Assembly: GCF_001194135.2 (NCBI RefSeq)
Contig: NC_068981.1
Location: forward strand, 198,360,225 to 198,408,241
DNA from: Octopus bimaculoides
Lineage: Eukaryota
DNA: 48,017 nucleotides
Direction of reading: 5' to 3'
The notes under the pieces were generated by a model. That model was not told where the DNA came from. It saw nothing but the letters and a program-made list of their open reading frames with translations, and did not search any database. A program made the position numbers and the translations under genes. Positions within the stretch are counted from its first letter, which is position 1. Each line of letters begins with the position of its first letter. This document shows positions 1 to 11,949 of the stretch, piece by piece.

Positions 1-82
1 TTTCTCCATTCTCCACTTAATTATAATTACAAACTGTGGTATATATATATATATATATATATACATAAATATATATATATAA

Positions 83-119
<37 letters not shown>

Positions 120-122
<3 letters not shown>

Positions 123-279
123 GATGGGCTTCTTTCAGTTTCCGTCTACCAAATCTACTCACAAGGCTTTGGTCGATCCAAGGCTATAGTAGAAGACACT
201 TGCCCAAGGTGCCACACAATGGGACTGAACCCAGAACCATGTGGTTGGTAAGCAAGCTACTTACCACACAGCCACTCCT
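120..279 (-). mobile_element. SINE family A, 5' part (tRNA-like head), abutting (TA)n 39-121
   Basis: Reverse complement of the head seen at 12875, 33378 and 34599. Confidence 0.85.
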
Positions 280-1289
280 ACTCCAATTCTTTACTGATCA
301 CAAAGAATTGATTTCATTGAATGAAAACCTACGACAGATTCGTGTGACTGACAGCAGCTACTAAACAACTAATGTGAAGATGTCCCTAGCGAAAGCAGAT
401 TCAGTTCATAAGAAATCCTATAATTGTCGAAGAATAAAACAAAGAATTTCCTGTACAACTGAAGCAGGTTTTTTTCATCTAAAGCTCAAGATTGCTGCAT
501 GATGTTGCAAGATGCTGCATGTTCCAAAATGTTGTCAGGTTTGAAGCCACCACGAAGTGGTTGATTAAATAGTTTTGTTATTACAAGTAGCAATTATGTC
601 ATAGAAGAGTCACTCTGCTTGTTTATTATCTCAGAAAGCTGTTAAACAGACTTTCAAATTTATTTCTTGAATGACAAATCATGAAATAAACTTCAAGTGA
701 ACTGAACTGTTTTTGTGTTGTTTAATGAAGAGAAGGACACAATACTGGCAAAGATTCAATCGTGGGCCTCAGAACAAGTCATTTGTGAGACAAATACAAC
801 TCCACTGTCACAAGAAGTTCACGTCAAAGGGAGATAAGTTTTCAAAAGAACAACAACACTGCAGTGTAAATCAATAATAATTACTTGAATCTCAACAATG
901 GAGAAACATGTAACCTGTTCTAGTTGCCGGTATAAGAAATCTCTGACATCACATAAATGAGAGAAAAAAATCATATTCGTTGCAGACTTGTCTAATGTAA
1001 TTAATTATATTAAATGAAACGGCAGAGTATAAGCAGACACTTACAAGATTTAGGCAAGAAAGAAAGAGTCAACGTTTTGAGTAAATTACTGTTAAGAATG
1101 GCTGTTGTTGTCTTCACTTGGTTTCAATGTTTGATCATTGTGGCATGTCTTATTTGTTGATGTCTCTATACTCACAGAGTATAAGACATGAGGCTGCCAA
1201 ATTTTGTTTATGTTCTTTTCAAGACCCGAGTTGTGTTGTGTCCAAATACCTTCAGAATTTGTGCTAAACTTCTTAACTAGAGGAAAAAG

Positions 1290-1600
1290 GATGCAAATCT
1301 TTGGGACACTCCATGGATGAGCGAATCTTCTCCAGCTTTGCGTGGCACCAATGGTTGCAGTCTTTTGGGAAGCTAAGGTCAGTTTTCCTCATTTCATCCC
1401 ATCTCTTTCTTAATCTTCCATGGATTTTATTAACCTAGAGTGTTTGCTCATCATCTCCACACATCACAGTGCAGTTTTCCCATATATACACTAATATTAC
1501 AACGTGCTACACAGTGTGTTCACATCTTCACTTCTTTCTAGACGTTGCAAATCTTCAGCAGTCAACACACACGTTTCACAACCATGTAGCAAAATCATAG
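1290..1600 (-). mobile_element. Old degenerate RTE-type LINE RT C-terminal fragment
   Basis: Minus-strand remnants GCETCVLTAEDLQRLERSE, CNISV and GRLRKRWDEMRKTDL parallel the RTE fragments elsewhere in the window. Confidence 0.6.
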
Positions 1601-1619
1601 CTTGTACATAATTTATATA

Positions 1620-2125
1620 TATGGAGGGGGGAGCACTGAGCAGTAATCAGTGAAATTGCCATGTTATTATCAGCCTGAATATGTTTGGTGCATTTTCGAA
1701 CTGGGCAAACAAGCTACTGGTAGCGTTTTGTCACAGAGAATATACCTCGCATGTTGACAAATGGTATATATACACCTAGATCAGCTCACCTGAACTGTGA
1801 GATGCTAGCATTTCAGAGCAGTTATCTCCTCTTCAGTCACAGACACTCGGCAGATGGCACTGCAAGCTGAATTAAGAGATTACCCTCCTAATGCTTTTCC
1901 AGTCACCATACAGTGACTGGCAGCACTATACAGCGTCTCACAGTAAGTAAATTACAGAGGGGGAGTGTTAAGCAGTGATAAATGAAATTGCAATGTTATT
2001 ATCAGCCTGAATATGCTTGGTGCATGTTCAAACTGGGGAAACAAGCTATTCACAGAGAATATAGCTCGATTGTTGACAAATGGTGTATATCAAACATATT
2101 CAGACTGCTAATAACAGCAATGGTT
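1620..2125. repeat. Copy of the ~320-bp-unit foldback repeat family (tandem units plus short inverted end)
   Basis: Same units as 29130-29972; 1820-2086 is identical to 29303-29569; 2090-2125 is the reverse complement of ~1990-2020. Confidence 0.85.
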
Positions 2126-2299
2126 TATATAATCTGCCCTACACTCTCAGAGAGATGCCCTTTCTTACCAGCTCCCTGAATTTTCTCCAACCCATTCTTA
2201 CTCTGGTACTATGCTTTTGGAACACTCACCCCTACTACAAATTCGGTTGAGAGCTGCTTAAATACTTGACAATCTGTTATTTGTTTTTAGTGTTTACTG

Positions 2300-2520
2300 C
2301 ATCTGAACAAGATTACTTTTGCCTCTCAGCCTATCTATGACCCCACTGTCCTTCTTGTGAACCCAGACTCTGAATAGGGGACACACAACTCCTTTACCGC
2401 ATGTCAAGCAAGACCATTTCTCAGATGGCAGTAGCAAGGTCCTGTTTTCTTTCCTAGCTTCCAAGAGTTTAGGCTGTATGACTTTGGTCATAAATACAGT
2501 GGAATTCCTATGGGCAGCCA
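2300..2520 (-). mobile_element. Degenerate RTE LINE fragment (Cys-rich insertion region)
   Basis: ORF 2294-2674 contains 'SEKWSCLTCGKGV...WVHKKDSGVIDRL', homologous to 'SGRWPCLICRKGVG...KLWICKRCS' at ~20850. Confidence 0.65.
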
Positions 2521-2849
2521 GCCTCAAATGGCCTGGAGGGCTACGAGAGACAAGAAGGGAAGCAAACCCTGATGAGCTGCTACCTCTATGCTGTACACAT
2601 CGCTGACTCTCACCTTTCGACACAACTTGCATGGCCATTGCAAGCTGTTCCTCACCTTGTAACTTTGTTAGCAATCACTAGAGTGTGCAACCCTGCCAAA
2701 CACTTTGTAATCCTTACAAGGAAAATTCTGAAAAGACAAATTTTTTTTTTCCAGTTGTAATTATATATTGCTTAAAGCAGGAATTATGAGAATAAAATTT
2801 TAAAAAAAAGATCCCATCACATTTCCTGGCTCTCAGCATAATAAACACA

Positions 2850-4263
2850 CAGCATACGATTGTAGTAAAGCATTTATTGAACTTTACCGATTCCAATCTT
2901 GCAAAGACAAAGACCAGCATTGATTACATTTTATTATAACAAACATGTCACAGGACATAAAAAACAATTTCCATTGTTGTACACTTCATACACAGAAAAA
3001 AAGAAATTATTTTCCAGACAACCTAAAATATGATAAATAACAGCAGATTTGAAACAAAGAATATAAAACATAATAAATAAAAATAAAATAAAAATTTCAA
3101 CAAATTATTGTATTTTTTCAAATTTTTGTTCAATATGTTATATTTCTTTATTTCTAATTTCATCTATCTCTACAATGGCAGTAAAAGTGATTTCATATAT
3201 TCTTTATACATTATTTGTAAATATTTCCACTTGTCAAGAATTATTCCAGTATATTAGAGAGTTCAAGAAATCTAAAAGATGAAGGACAAAAACAAAAATA
3301 ACTAAATCTACAAATAAAAAAAAAACCCAAAAAGAGTCATAAAATCCATGAAAATACAGTTAAAAAGAAAACAAAATCAAAAAAAATAACAACATGAGTA
3401 TCAATCTGTAGTTATTTCAAGAAATAATAATAATAATAATAATAATAATCCCCCCCACACACACTTTTTTTTTTTTTTGTAATGAAAATAAGATAAATTA
3501 AGAGTCAGAATGGCAGAGTTGTAAGTCTTTAGTGAGAAGTGTGACAGTCTGGAATCTCTTCAGAGGCAGGAAGAAANNNNNNNNNNATTATTATTCAAGT
3601 AATGGCAAGCTCTGCTTACCTTTCTGGTTCAGATGTTCTTTTATTTTTTTTTATTTTTTTTTTTATTTTTGTCCTTTTCAAAAACAAAACAATTCGGCCA
3701 AGTAATTTTAAACTTTTTTTTTTTTTTGTTATTTTATTTAAAATAACAATTTCCTTTGCCCATAGCTGTTATATTTGGTTAAAGAGTGACAGTTAGGACC
3801 AATCAAGGAGAATATTAATAAAGCGTACATCAATCTTCTTCAATTCCCAAACAATTCTCTTTTTCTTCTTTTCCTTTCTTGGAAAACAAAAAAGAGGAAA
3901 CCCTGGCACTTAATTCTTGACTTTGACTATTTTCGTTTCCAAGTGATGGTTCTTCTCTCTGCTCTGGCCTCACTGCTGACCAACATAACTCAAATACGCA
4001 CAACAAACATTACAATCGTTCATATTTATTATTTGAATGAGACTTCTAAACAACAGATCCCATTCTATTTGACAGTCTATGTTTTGTTTTTTTTCGTTTT
4101 TCCTTTTTTTCTTTTTCTTTCATATTGAAATCTATGCTGCAATGGAGCCAGAAGAAAAGATAATCTGGCTGAAAGAAATGTTCATTAAGCTAACAAAAAG
4201 AACAATGGAAGAAACAAAGGGGAAAAGGTCTGGAAGCCTGGAGGAGGAGGAGGAGGAGGAGGA
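2850..4263 (-). other. Probable ZER1 3' UTR (U/A-rich on coding strand); candidate AATAAA at 2873-2878
   Basis: Nearly repeat-free AT-rich tract downstream of the last exon. AATAAA on the minus strand is followed by a TG/T-rich stretch. Several other AATAAA hexamers exist, so the end is uncertain. Confidence 0.4.
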
Positions 4264-4497
4264 NNNNNNNNNNNNNNNNNNNNNNNNNNNNNNNNNNNNN
4301 NNNNNNNNNNNNNNNNNNNNNNNNNNNNNNNNNNNNNNNNNNNNNNNNNNNNNNNNNNNNNNNNNNNNNNNNNNNNNNNNNNNNNNNNNNNNNNNNNNNN
4401 NNNNNNNNNNNNNNNNNNNNNNNNNNNNNNNNNNNNNNNNNNNNNNNNNNNNNNNNNNNNNNNNNNNNNNNNNNNNNNNNNNNNNNNNNNNNNNNNN

Positions 4498-4642
4498 CTA
4501 GGCTTGTTCTTGTTTTCTGTGATTTGACTTACAACCTTTGAGGCAAGTTCTTTAATGCGAGAATATGGTCGTGGATCAGCCTTAAGCGCCAGAAGAATTT
4601 CTACTCCAGATTCTTTCTCAAGAAGAGAACAATAACGCTCAG
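4498..4642 (-). CDS. ZER1: ZER1 probable terminal coding exon (partial): (P)ERYCSLLEKESGVEILLALKADPRPYSRIKELASKVVSQITENKNKP...
   Basis: tttatttttcag| acceptor, phase 1; matches 'PDKYCPLLIKEGG...KEMARKVIEH'; frame runs into N-gap at 4497. Confidence 0.9.
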
Positions 4643-4703
4643 CTGAAAAATAAAAACAGAAATTAATAGTAGTAATGACAAAAAATAAACAGTGCAAAAT
4701 TAT

Positions 4704-5700
4704 CATCATCATCATCTATCATCGTTTAATGTCCGTTTTCCGTGTTGGCATGGGTTGGATGGTTTGACTGAGGTCTGGAGAGCCAACGGCTGCACCAGGC
4801 TCCAATCTGATCTGGCAATATTTCTCCAGCTGGATACCCTTCCTAATACCAACCACTCTGAGAGAGTGTAGTGGGTGCTTTTTACATGCCACTGGGACAG
4901 GAGCCAGTCAGGCGGTACTGGCATCAATCATGTTTGGATAGTGCTTTTTATGTGCCATGGGCCAGTCGGGGTACAGGCTATAGCTGTGACTTTGGTTTCA
5001 CTTGACTCAACAGGTCTTCTCAAGCATATCATATCACCCGACGCATCAAGGGTCCTCTTAAATGGGCCGGACATGCTGGGTCTTCTCACCACCTCATCCC
5101 ATGTCTTCCTAGGTCTACTTCTTCCACAGGTTCCTTACAGTTAGGGAGGGAGTGGCACTTCCTCACACAGCTGTCCTCATCCATACGTAACACATGACCA
5201 TACCAGAGCAGTCGTCTCTCTTGCACACCATATCTGATGCTTCTTAGGTTCAACTTTTCTCTCAAGATACTTACACTCTGTCATGTATGCACACTGACAT
5301 TTCACATCCAGTGGAGCATACTAGCTTCATTTCTTTCAAGCCTACGCATGTCCTCAACACTCACGGCCCATGTTTCACTGCTATGAAGTATAGTAATTCG
5401 CATACATGCATCATACAGTCTACCTTTTACTCTGAGTGAGAGTCCCTTTGTCACCAGCAGAGGTAAGAGCTCTCTGAACTTAGCCCAGGCCATTCTTATT
5501 CTAGCAGCTACACTTTCAGTGCACCCACCCCCACTACTAACTTGGTCACCTAGGTAGCAGAAGCTAACAACTACTTCTAGATTTTCCCCCTGGCATGTGA
5601 TGGAATCTGTTTTCAGTACATGTTCAGTGTTTATTGTTCCTGTGCATCTGCCACATACAATAGCTTGATGGTAGAACAGGCATTTGTTCGGGTCACCTTT
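4704..5700 (-). mobile_element. RTE-clade LINE 3' fragment with (GAT)n tail
   Basis: Translates to TDSITCQGENLEVV.SF.YLGDQVS.GGGC.ESVAARIRMAWAKFRELLPLL...ETWAV...RRLERNEASML; (atc)n tail at 4704-4722. Confidence 0.9.
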
Positions 5701-7555
5701 TCTAGACCTTTCCCAGATTTCTGGATGAGCAGTACTATCCTAGAGAGGGCTGCTCAGATGCTCTCGACCTCACCGAAGCATGATGCTGTTCTTTCAACAA
5801 TGCAGCGATGTTAGATGGGCCCTGAGCTGCCCACGTGCAGATCCGTGACTATGCGCTCCCAGACCGTTAAGCCTGCACATGTCATCACTATTCCATCGCC
5901 GTGGGACTTGAAGAGATATCTCTACATTTAAATATCAATGCCACATGCTTGTACGACACGTACAGCACCCACTCCTCCCCCGAAATCTGATATCCAGTGA
6001 CAAACCAAGGCAAGATGACTGGGGGATTATGGAGGTCGGATGTTTTATTATCCAGGAGTTTAACCTCTCCAGTGGTTTTATATCAGAGTGTCCTTTTCCC
6101 AGTCTTTGCGCAACCAAAGGCTAACTGCAAGACAGCAGTGAAGGATTTGAATGCTGAGTAACCTTCTCCTAGATGGATTGCCTTCCCCATGGCTTTATTA
6201 AACCTAGGAGCTCCTTCTACCCCTTTAACTACATCCACAACAACTCACAAACCAAATGAAATAAAATAAGTAAAAATACAAATATATATAAATAAAATAT
6301 CCGTTCCCTCAAAGATGACCCCTCCCCCCCCCCAAAAAAAAACCCATGTACATGCAATATACACACATATATTCAAGAATTAAAAATGTAAATAAATACA
6401 CACACACATGCCCAACACTCACCCACAGTTCACCACACATAAAACACGCACCTGGCACACACCTTCACAATTCAGACTACAATATACATATAATAATTTA
6501 TATCAGGTCATCTATGCTACTGGTACCATATAACCCAGTACTACCCATCACATGGTCAGGTTGTTGGCAACTAAACCGGCTCCCCTACCAATTCCACTTG
6601 GTGAGGAAGGTCTGTATTGGACACCCTGCAGGACTTGTAAGAGGGCAGAAGAACTAAGAGTCAACGGCCATCCAATTATATATATATGTATACATATATA
6701 TATGTATGTATATTGTAATGAAAGAAATACAACAAAGTTAACAATCAAATATGTATTCTTTATTCCAACATAAGACCTTGGGAAAGGTTCTTCCTGAAGT
6801 AAATATTAACAAGACCATCATTGAAAAGAGAAGTCAGAAACTGCTGGTACTATCATGTCCAGCACACCCTACTAGATTATATTTGCCTACAGAGGCTTCC
6901 CTATAAAACAGGGTTGGAGGACACTCAGAAGAATCCTTTCACAGGTGAAATGTTTTGGTTACGTTTTACGTAGACCATTGGCTCTAATACTTCGGTTCCA
7001 ATTTGTGCATCTATATTTACAGTGCAAAGGGTTTCTTATCAGTTCACTGATAATTTTAGTTGAACCCAATGAGAGCTTGACTCAATGGGGCCTGGATCTT
7101 AGTGCTGCCCATCAAGGACTTTTTTTCATTCATGGAAAAATACTTAGGGGAAGTAAGAAAAGAGAAGAGGCCATTATTTCATGCATCAACCTCCGTCCCA
7201 GTGAGACAACCCTTCCCTTTAGTATGAGCAGATGACAGTTTCCTGTTATCCCAGCATTTGCAATGACAGTAAACACATCACAAAGGCCAGAGCTTCAATA
7301 ATGTTGCCATCATCCTACCATCACCAGTATTCAGCCATGGACGACTTTATGTTGCATTGAGTTGAAGTAGAAACAGGAATAATATTAAAATGTTGGTAAA
7401 GAACCATCCAAAACAAGGCAAACTCATTGGTGGAAGGCTTTTCATGAGAAATGCAATGTTGGAGCAATTGCTAAGATAAAGGTTGCAATCTGTTGATTCT
7501 ATTTTCCGTATCATTTTCATGCCTTCATTTCTGACACACAGCTACGCTAGTAAAG

Positions 7556-8013
7556 AGACTGAGACCTTTGGAAATATGCAGTAATTGAGAAGACCCGGCA
7601 AGTAAAGTGAAAGCGCAGCTGTGGCCGATACCGGTGTTGCACAACCAGACCATTTAAAAGTAGCCTTGAATCGCCAGGTGACACGCTGAGCTTGAGAAGA
7701 CCTATTGAGTCAAGTGAAATCGTAGTCATGGCCGATGCCAGTGCTGCCTGAGTAGCACCCATGCTGGTGGCACTTAATAAGCACCATTCAAGCATGGGTC
7801 GGTGCCAGTGCCACCTGACTGGCTCCCGTGCCAGTGGCACATAAAATGCACCCACTACAAGCTCAGAGTGGTTGGTCTTAGGAAGGGCATCCAGCTGTAG
7901 AAACCTTGCCAAATCAGATTGAAGCCTGGTGCGGCCTCCTGGCTTGCCAGTCCTCAGTCAAACCATCCAACCCATGCCAGCATGGAAAGTGGACGTTAGA
8001 TGATGATGGTGAT
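7556..8013 (+). mobile_element. RTE-derived 3' end / SINE-like element ending in (GAT)n
   Basis: Shared 3' block ggaagggcatccagctgtagaaa...cccatgccagcatggaaa..gacgttaaatgatgat. Confidence 0.85.
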
Positions 8014-8019
8014 AATGGT

Positions 8020-8215
8020 TTCTGACTGAGGCACAAGGCCAAGAATTTTGAAGGGAGGGGCTTGTTGAAACTATTGACCCCAAACACTGGACTGGTATTT
8101 CATTTTAAAGATTTCAAAGAGAGGGATAAAAGAACGGAATGACCATGACAGGATTTTCACTCACAACAAATCTCATTAATGCTCTAACGATTCTGCCAAA
8201 TCATTTCACAGCCAA
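8020..8215 (-). mobile_element. SINE family B, degenerate
   Basis: Similar to 28394-28622 (ggcacaaggcc...attgacccc...actggta...ttttat). Confidence 0.55.
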
Positions 8216-8670
8216 GGATTTCCATTTTTGTCAGAGACACAACAGTGAAAAGGAATTTAGGTGGGAGCTTTAGTGTAGTGAACCCAAATGAGTTACAGTA
8301 AGGGCTTGGAATTCTGGAGGAATCGAAGATAAAGTCAATCCCTGAATTGAATCAATCACTTCTGATTAGACAGGTGATTCAATACCTCGTCTACCTCAAC
8401 AGGTGACCTAGTATTTTATTTACTCATTAAAGTAGATCAGATATTAGGTTATCTGTCAAGATAGATAGGAGAGGAGAGAGACAAGGTATTTTCTAACATT
8501 AGTATAAGGTCACAGATTTTAGGAGAGAGAATGGTCTTCAGGACATGACTGGTATTTGTTTTAAGATCTGCAGAAAGAAAAAAAAAATAGTTCCCCTTTG
8601 TCATATTTACTCTTCACCATTTAGCTTTTGTTCCCTTTCAATCCTAAATCCCAACAATCATGGCACAAAA

Positions 8671-9360
8671 ATCATCATCATCCTCATCATCGTTTAACGT
8701 CCACTTTCCATGCTAGCATGGGTTGGACGACTTGACTGAGGACTGGTGAAACCGGATGGCAACACCAGGCTCCAGTCTGATTTGGCAGAGTTTCTACAGC
8801 TGGATGCCCTTCCTTACGCCAACCACTCAGAGAGTGTAGTGGGTGCTTTTACGTGTCACCCGCACGAAAACGGCCACGCTCGAAATGGTGTCTTTTATGT
8901 GCCACCCGCACAAGCCAGTCCAGGGGCACTGGCAACGATCTTACTTGGCTTGCCGGGTCTTCTCACGCACAGCACATTTCCAAAGGTCTCGGTCAGNNNN
9001 NNNNNNNNNNNNNNNNNNNNNNNNNNNNNNNNNNNNNNNNNNNNNNNNNNNNNNNNNNNNNNNNNNNNNNNNNNNNNNNNNNNNNNNNNNNNNNNNNNNN
9101 NNNNNNNNNNNNNNNNNNNNNNNNNNNNNNNTCTCACCACATGTCCATACCAGCGCAATCGTCTCTCTTGCACGCCACAACTGATGCTTCTAATGTTCAG
9201 TTTTTCTCTCAAGATACTTACACTCTGACGGGTATTCACATTGACATTACACATCCAACGGAGCATACTGGCTTCATTCCTTGCGAGCTTACGCATGTCC
9301 TCAGCAGTCACAGCCCATGTTTCACTGCCATGTAGCATGGCTGTTCGTACACAAAATGAG
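8671..9360 (-). mobile_element. Young RTE LINE 3' fragment (spans gap 8997-9131)
   Basis: ORF 8895-9407 gives CVRTAMLHGSETWAVTAEDMRKLARNEASMLRWMC...RRLRWYGHVVR; (atc)n tail at 8671. Confidence 0.9.
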
Positions 9361-9394
9361 GAACCAAAACATGAGTATTGTTTCTGATTTGTGT

Positions 9395-9646
9395 CAGTGG
9401 CACACAAAAAGCACCATTCAAACGTTGGGCCTCATGGATGCAGTGATAGGTGACCAAGACCTTTGGCGATATACCTGTCAAGCCAAATGAGACCCTAGTT
9501 GTGGCTGATGCCAGTGTCAGGTCAATGGCACACGTGCCGGTGGCATGTAAAAAGCACCCACTACACTTTCTGAGTGGTTGGTGTTTTTCAGTCAAACCGT
9601 CCAACCCATACCAGCATGGAAAACAGATGTTAAACGATGATGATGA
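9395..9646 (+). mobile_element. RTE-derived 3' end, opposite orientation to adjacent copy
   Basis: gttgggcctcatgga...gacctttggcgata...gttaaacgatgatgatgat. Confidence 0.8.
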
Positions 9647-9858
9647 TCCTAGGAATCAAGAAAACATTGCATAAATGTTGGGCTTCAAACTGTTGCCATA
9701 GTAACTTCACTCCAAAATATCTCCTACTTTCTCTGCAAGCTGTTTGGCAATGTTAAGCAATAATGTAGACAATAAATTTTTTTTTTTAAAAACACGTTTC
9801 TTTTAAAACATCAACATAAACCAAAACCTTTGAAATCAGAAGAGGATGATATACTTAC

Positions 9859-9956
9859 GATAAACACGCGTTAAATTGCACAAAGCCCAAACAGCCCAGT
9901 GCTGCGCCTCGGGGGTATCGTATGCTTGTACAAGACGTAAGATTGGCTCAAAAGAC
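9859..9956 (-). CDS. ZER1: ZER1 exon: (R)SFEPILRLVQAYDTPEAQHWAVWALCNLTRVY(P)
   Basis: tattgcag| acceptor and C|gtaagt donor; 98 nt, phase 2-1; matches 'RSFEPILRLL...QHWATWALYNL'. Confidence 0.95.
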
Positions 9957-10595
9957 CTGCAATAATAAACAGCAAAAGAAGGAAATGATTGAATAAAAGT
10001 CTTCAGCGGATGAGTGAAGGCAGTAAGTATGGACTTGAAGGATTTTTTTAGACTATAGAGTTGTTAATATTGAATTGGAACTGTGGTAGGTGAGTGTTGG
10101 AAGGAGAATAGAGAAGAGGAGAAACTTGTAGAAGAATATCTTGTATGAGATAAAGTTTTAGTTTAAGGGTTTTGGGTGAGAAGCAGGAGGGAGATGGAGG
10201 AGAGGAAGAAGAGGATTTAGGCAGAAAGAGCAGAGGTTGAAGACATAGCTATGTAAATATCAATAAGGCATGAGCCAATGGCCCTCATGAAAACTTGTTT
10301 TGCTCATCTCCTGGTATAAAACTGCTTCTCTTGGGGTTTATAGTTGCATCAGTAAGGCCATCTAGCCATTGGAACGCAATGCACGCCTTGGACCCAGTAG
10401 ATTCTATCAAACCATCCGTGGATCACGGATGTTAAATGATGATGATGATCAATTCAATAGCTGACATTTGTTAATAGCTCAAATATACAATAAAACTCTA
10501 TTCTTAATAAAGCAATACACCATTACAAGATGGTGATGGTAATGAAGAAGCCTGACTTAATAACAGACTAATGAGAAATTAAGGAACAACAGGTA

Positions 10596-10710
10596 GAAGC
10601 ATGGCTGTGTGGTAAGAGGCTTGCTTCCTAACCACATGGTTCCAGGTTCAGTGACACTGCACGGCACTTTGGCAAAGTGTCTTCTACTATAGCATTGAGC
10701 TGAAACAAGT
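10596..10710 (+). mobile_element. SINE family A head, truncated
   Basis: gcatggctgtgtggtaag..cttgcttcctaaccacatggttccaggttcagt...gtgtcttctactatagc. Confidence 0.75.
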
Positions 10711-10749
10711 AAAAGCTAAAAGATTATTTTCAAAACCTTCATTACTCAC

Positions 10750-10938
10750 CGGTAATTGATATTACGTTTGGCTGATATATCCCAACTTTCTATGACACCG
10801 ACCATTGTTTTGAGAACGTCTGTTCGTCTTGGGCTATCAATAATCCAAGCTTCAGCACCATCACAAGCTATGTGAGACAAAACTCCAGCTGCATTGTAGC
10901 TGACTTCAATTCCATCACTTGTAGAATTCAGCAATTCA
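10750..10938 (-). CDS. ZER1: ZER1 exon: (S)ELLNSTSDGIEVSYNAAGVLSHIACDGAEAWIIDSPRRTDVLKTMVGVIESWDISAKRNINY(R)
   Basis: ttttgaacag| acceptor and CG|gtgagt donor; 189 nt, phase 2-2; highly diagnostic ZER1 motifs. Confidence 0.96.
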
Positions 10939-11949
10939 CTGTTCAAAACACACACAAACACAAAAATGAAAATTTTAAAATGAAAATTAAAAAAAAAAAA
11001 ATTAGTGACATTTCTAGAGTATAATTAACACATAGAGTTTTTCCTACCCTCCTGGGCCAGAGTAACAGGTTAATAAAGTTATTTTAATAAATCCTTTCAA
11101 TTTTTTAACTACTTTCAAAATCAAGTGAAGCGTACACCTAATGAGTTAGTGTCACCTGAAGACTAAAAGCTTACATTAACACGTTGGCTCCCTCACGTCC
11201 TGCTGGTAGGTCATGATGGTATGTTAGTGAGTCCTGCCTGACCCACCAACAGGTCGTTTTTTTCAAATNNNNNNNNNNTGTTAGTGAGTCCTGCCTGACC
11301 CACCAACAGGTCGTTTTTTTCAAATTTCTTTCCCATGAGTTTTCTGAGAGCTGGAATGCTCCGATTACTTTGCTTTGTGATTTTGCTACACTAAGAGAAC
11401 AATTCTTTATAGATTTTCGATATTATTTTTTTTTTAACGATTTTCTTCTGATTTCACCCTGTAATGAGGTAAAATAAAAGAGTGAATTTTATTTGCCATT
11501 GAAGCAAAAATAGTTCTTTCTGGAAAAAATTGGTACATTTTCCAATAGAAACAGAAGGGAATGAAAAATATTTAACTTGCCATGGAAAGAAAAATAATTC
11601 TTTTTGAAAAGATTTCAAGATCTTCCAATAAAAAATACCCCAAATTTTTTAATTGATCACGGGTAGGTTGTGTGGTATCTAGGATGATTTGAACCTCACA
11701 ACCCTCTGGTGGGATGTGGGTATCCAGCACTACCTATGTGATCCTTGCCTCACATATGGTATAGTGTAAAAATATTACACCACTCATTAATCAAGACATC
11801 ATATTGGGACCCGGGGATAAAATGTAAAAAGTGGCTCAGGAGCCAATGTGTTAAAACCATTTTGATAACTCAATTGAGACTGGTTCTGCTTCTATGAGAC
11901 TGTTGTAAAGTGATCTCAATTGGAACTTTCTCAAAATGTTTTATCTTGA

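Noticed and set aside
300-1250. Low-repeat stretch with cagagtataag motifs reminiscent of pogo/Tc1 MITE ends
   Set aside because: Could not find matching TIRs, a TSD or an ORF; insufficient support.
1620-2090. Regularly recurring units suggesting a CRISPR-like array
   Set aside because: Units are ~320 bp, diverged, with no unique spacers, in eukaryotic DNA; explained as a foldback repeat.
4079-4263. Plus-strand ORF MEPEEKIIWLKEMFIKLTKR...EEEE
   Set aside because: Antisense to the pyrimidine-rich ZER1 3' end; no recognisable domain or supporting exons.
11222-11325. 47-bp direct repeat on either side of a 10-N gap
   Set aside because: Identical sequence flanking a placeholder gap is typical of overlapping contig ends, not a biological tandem repeat.
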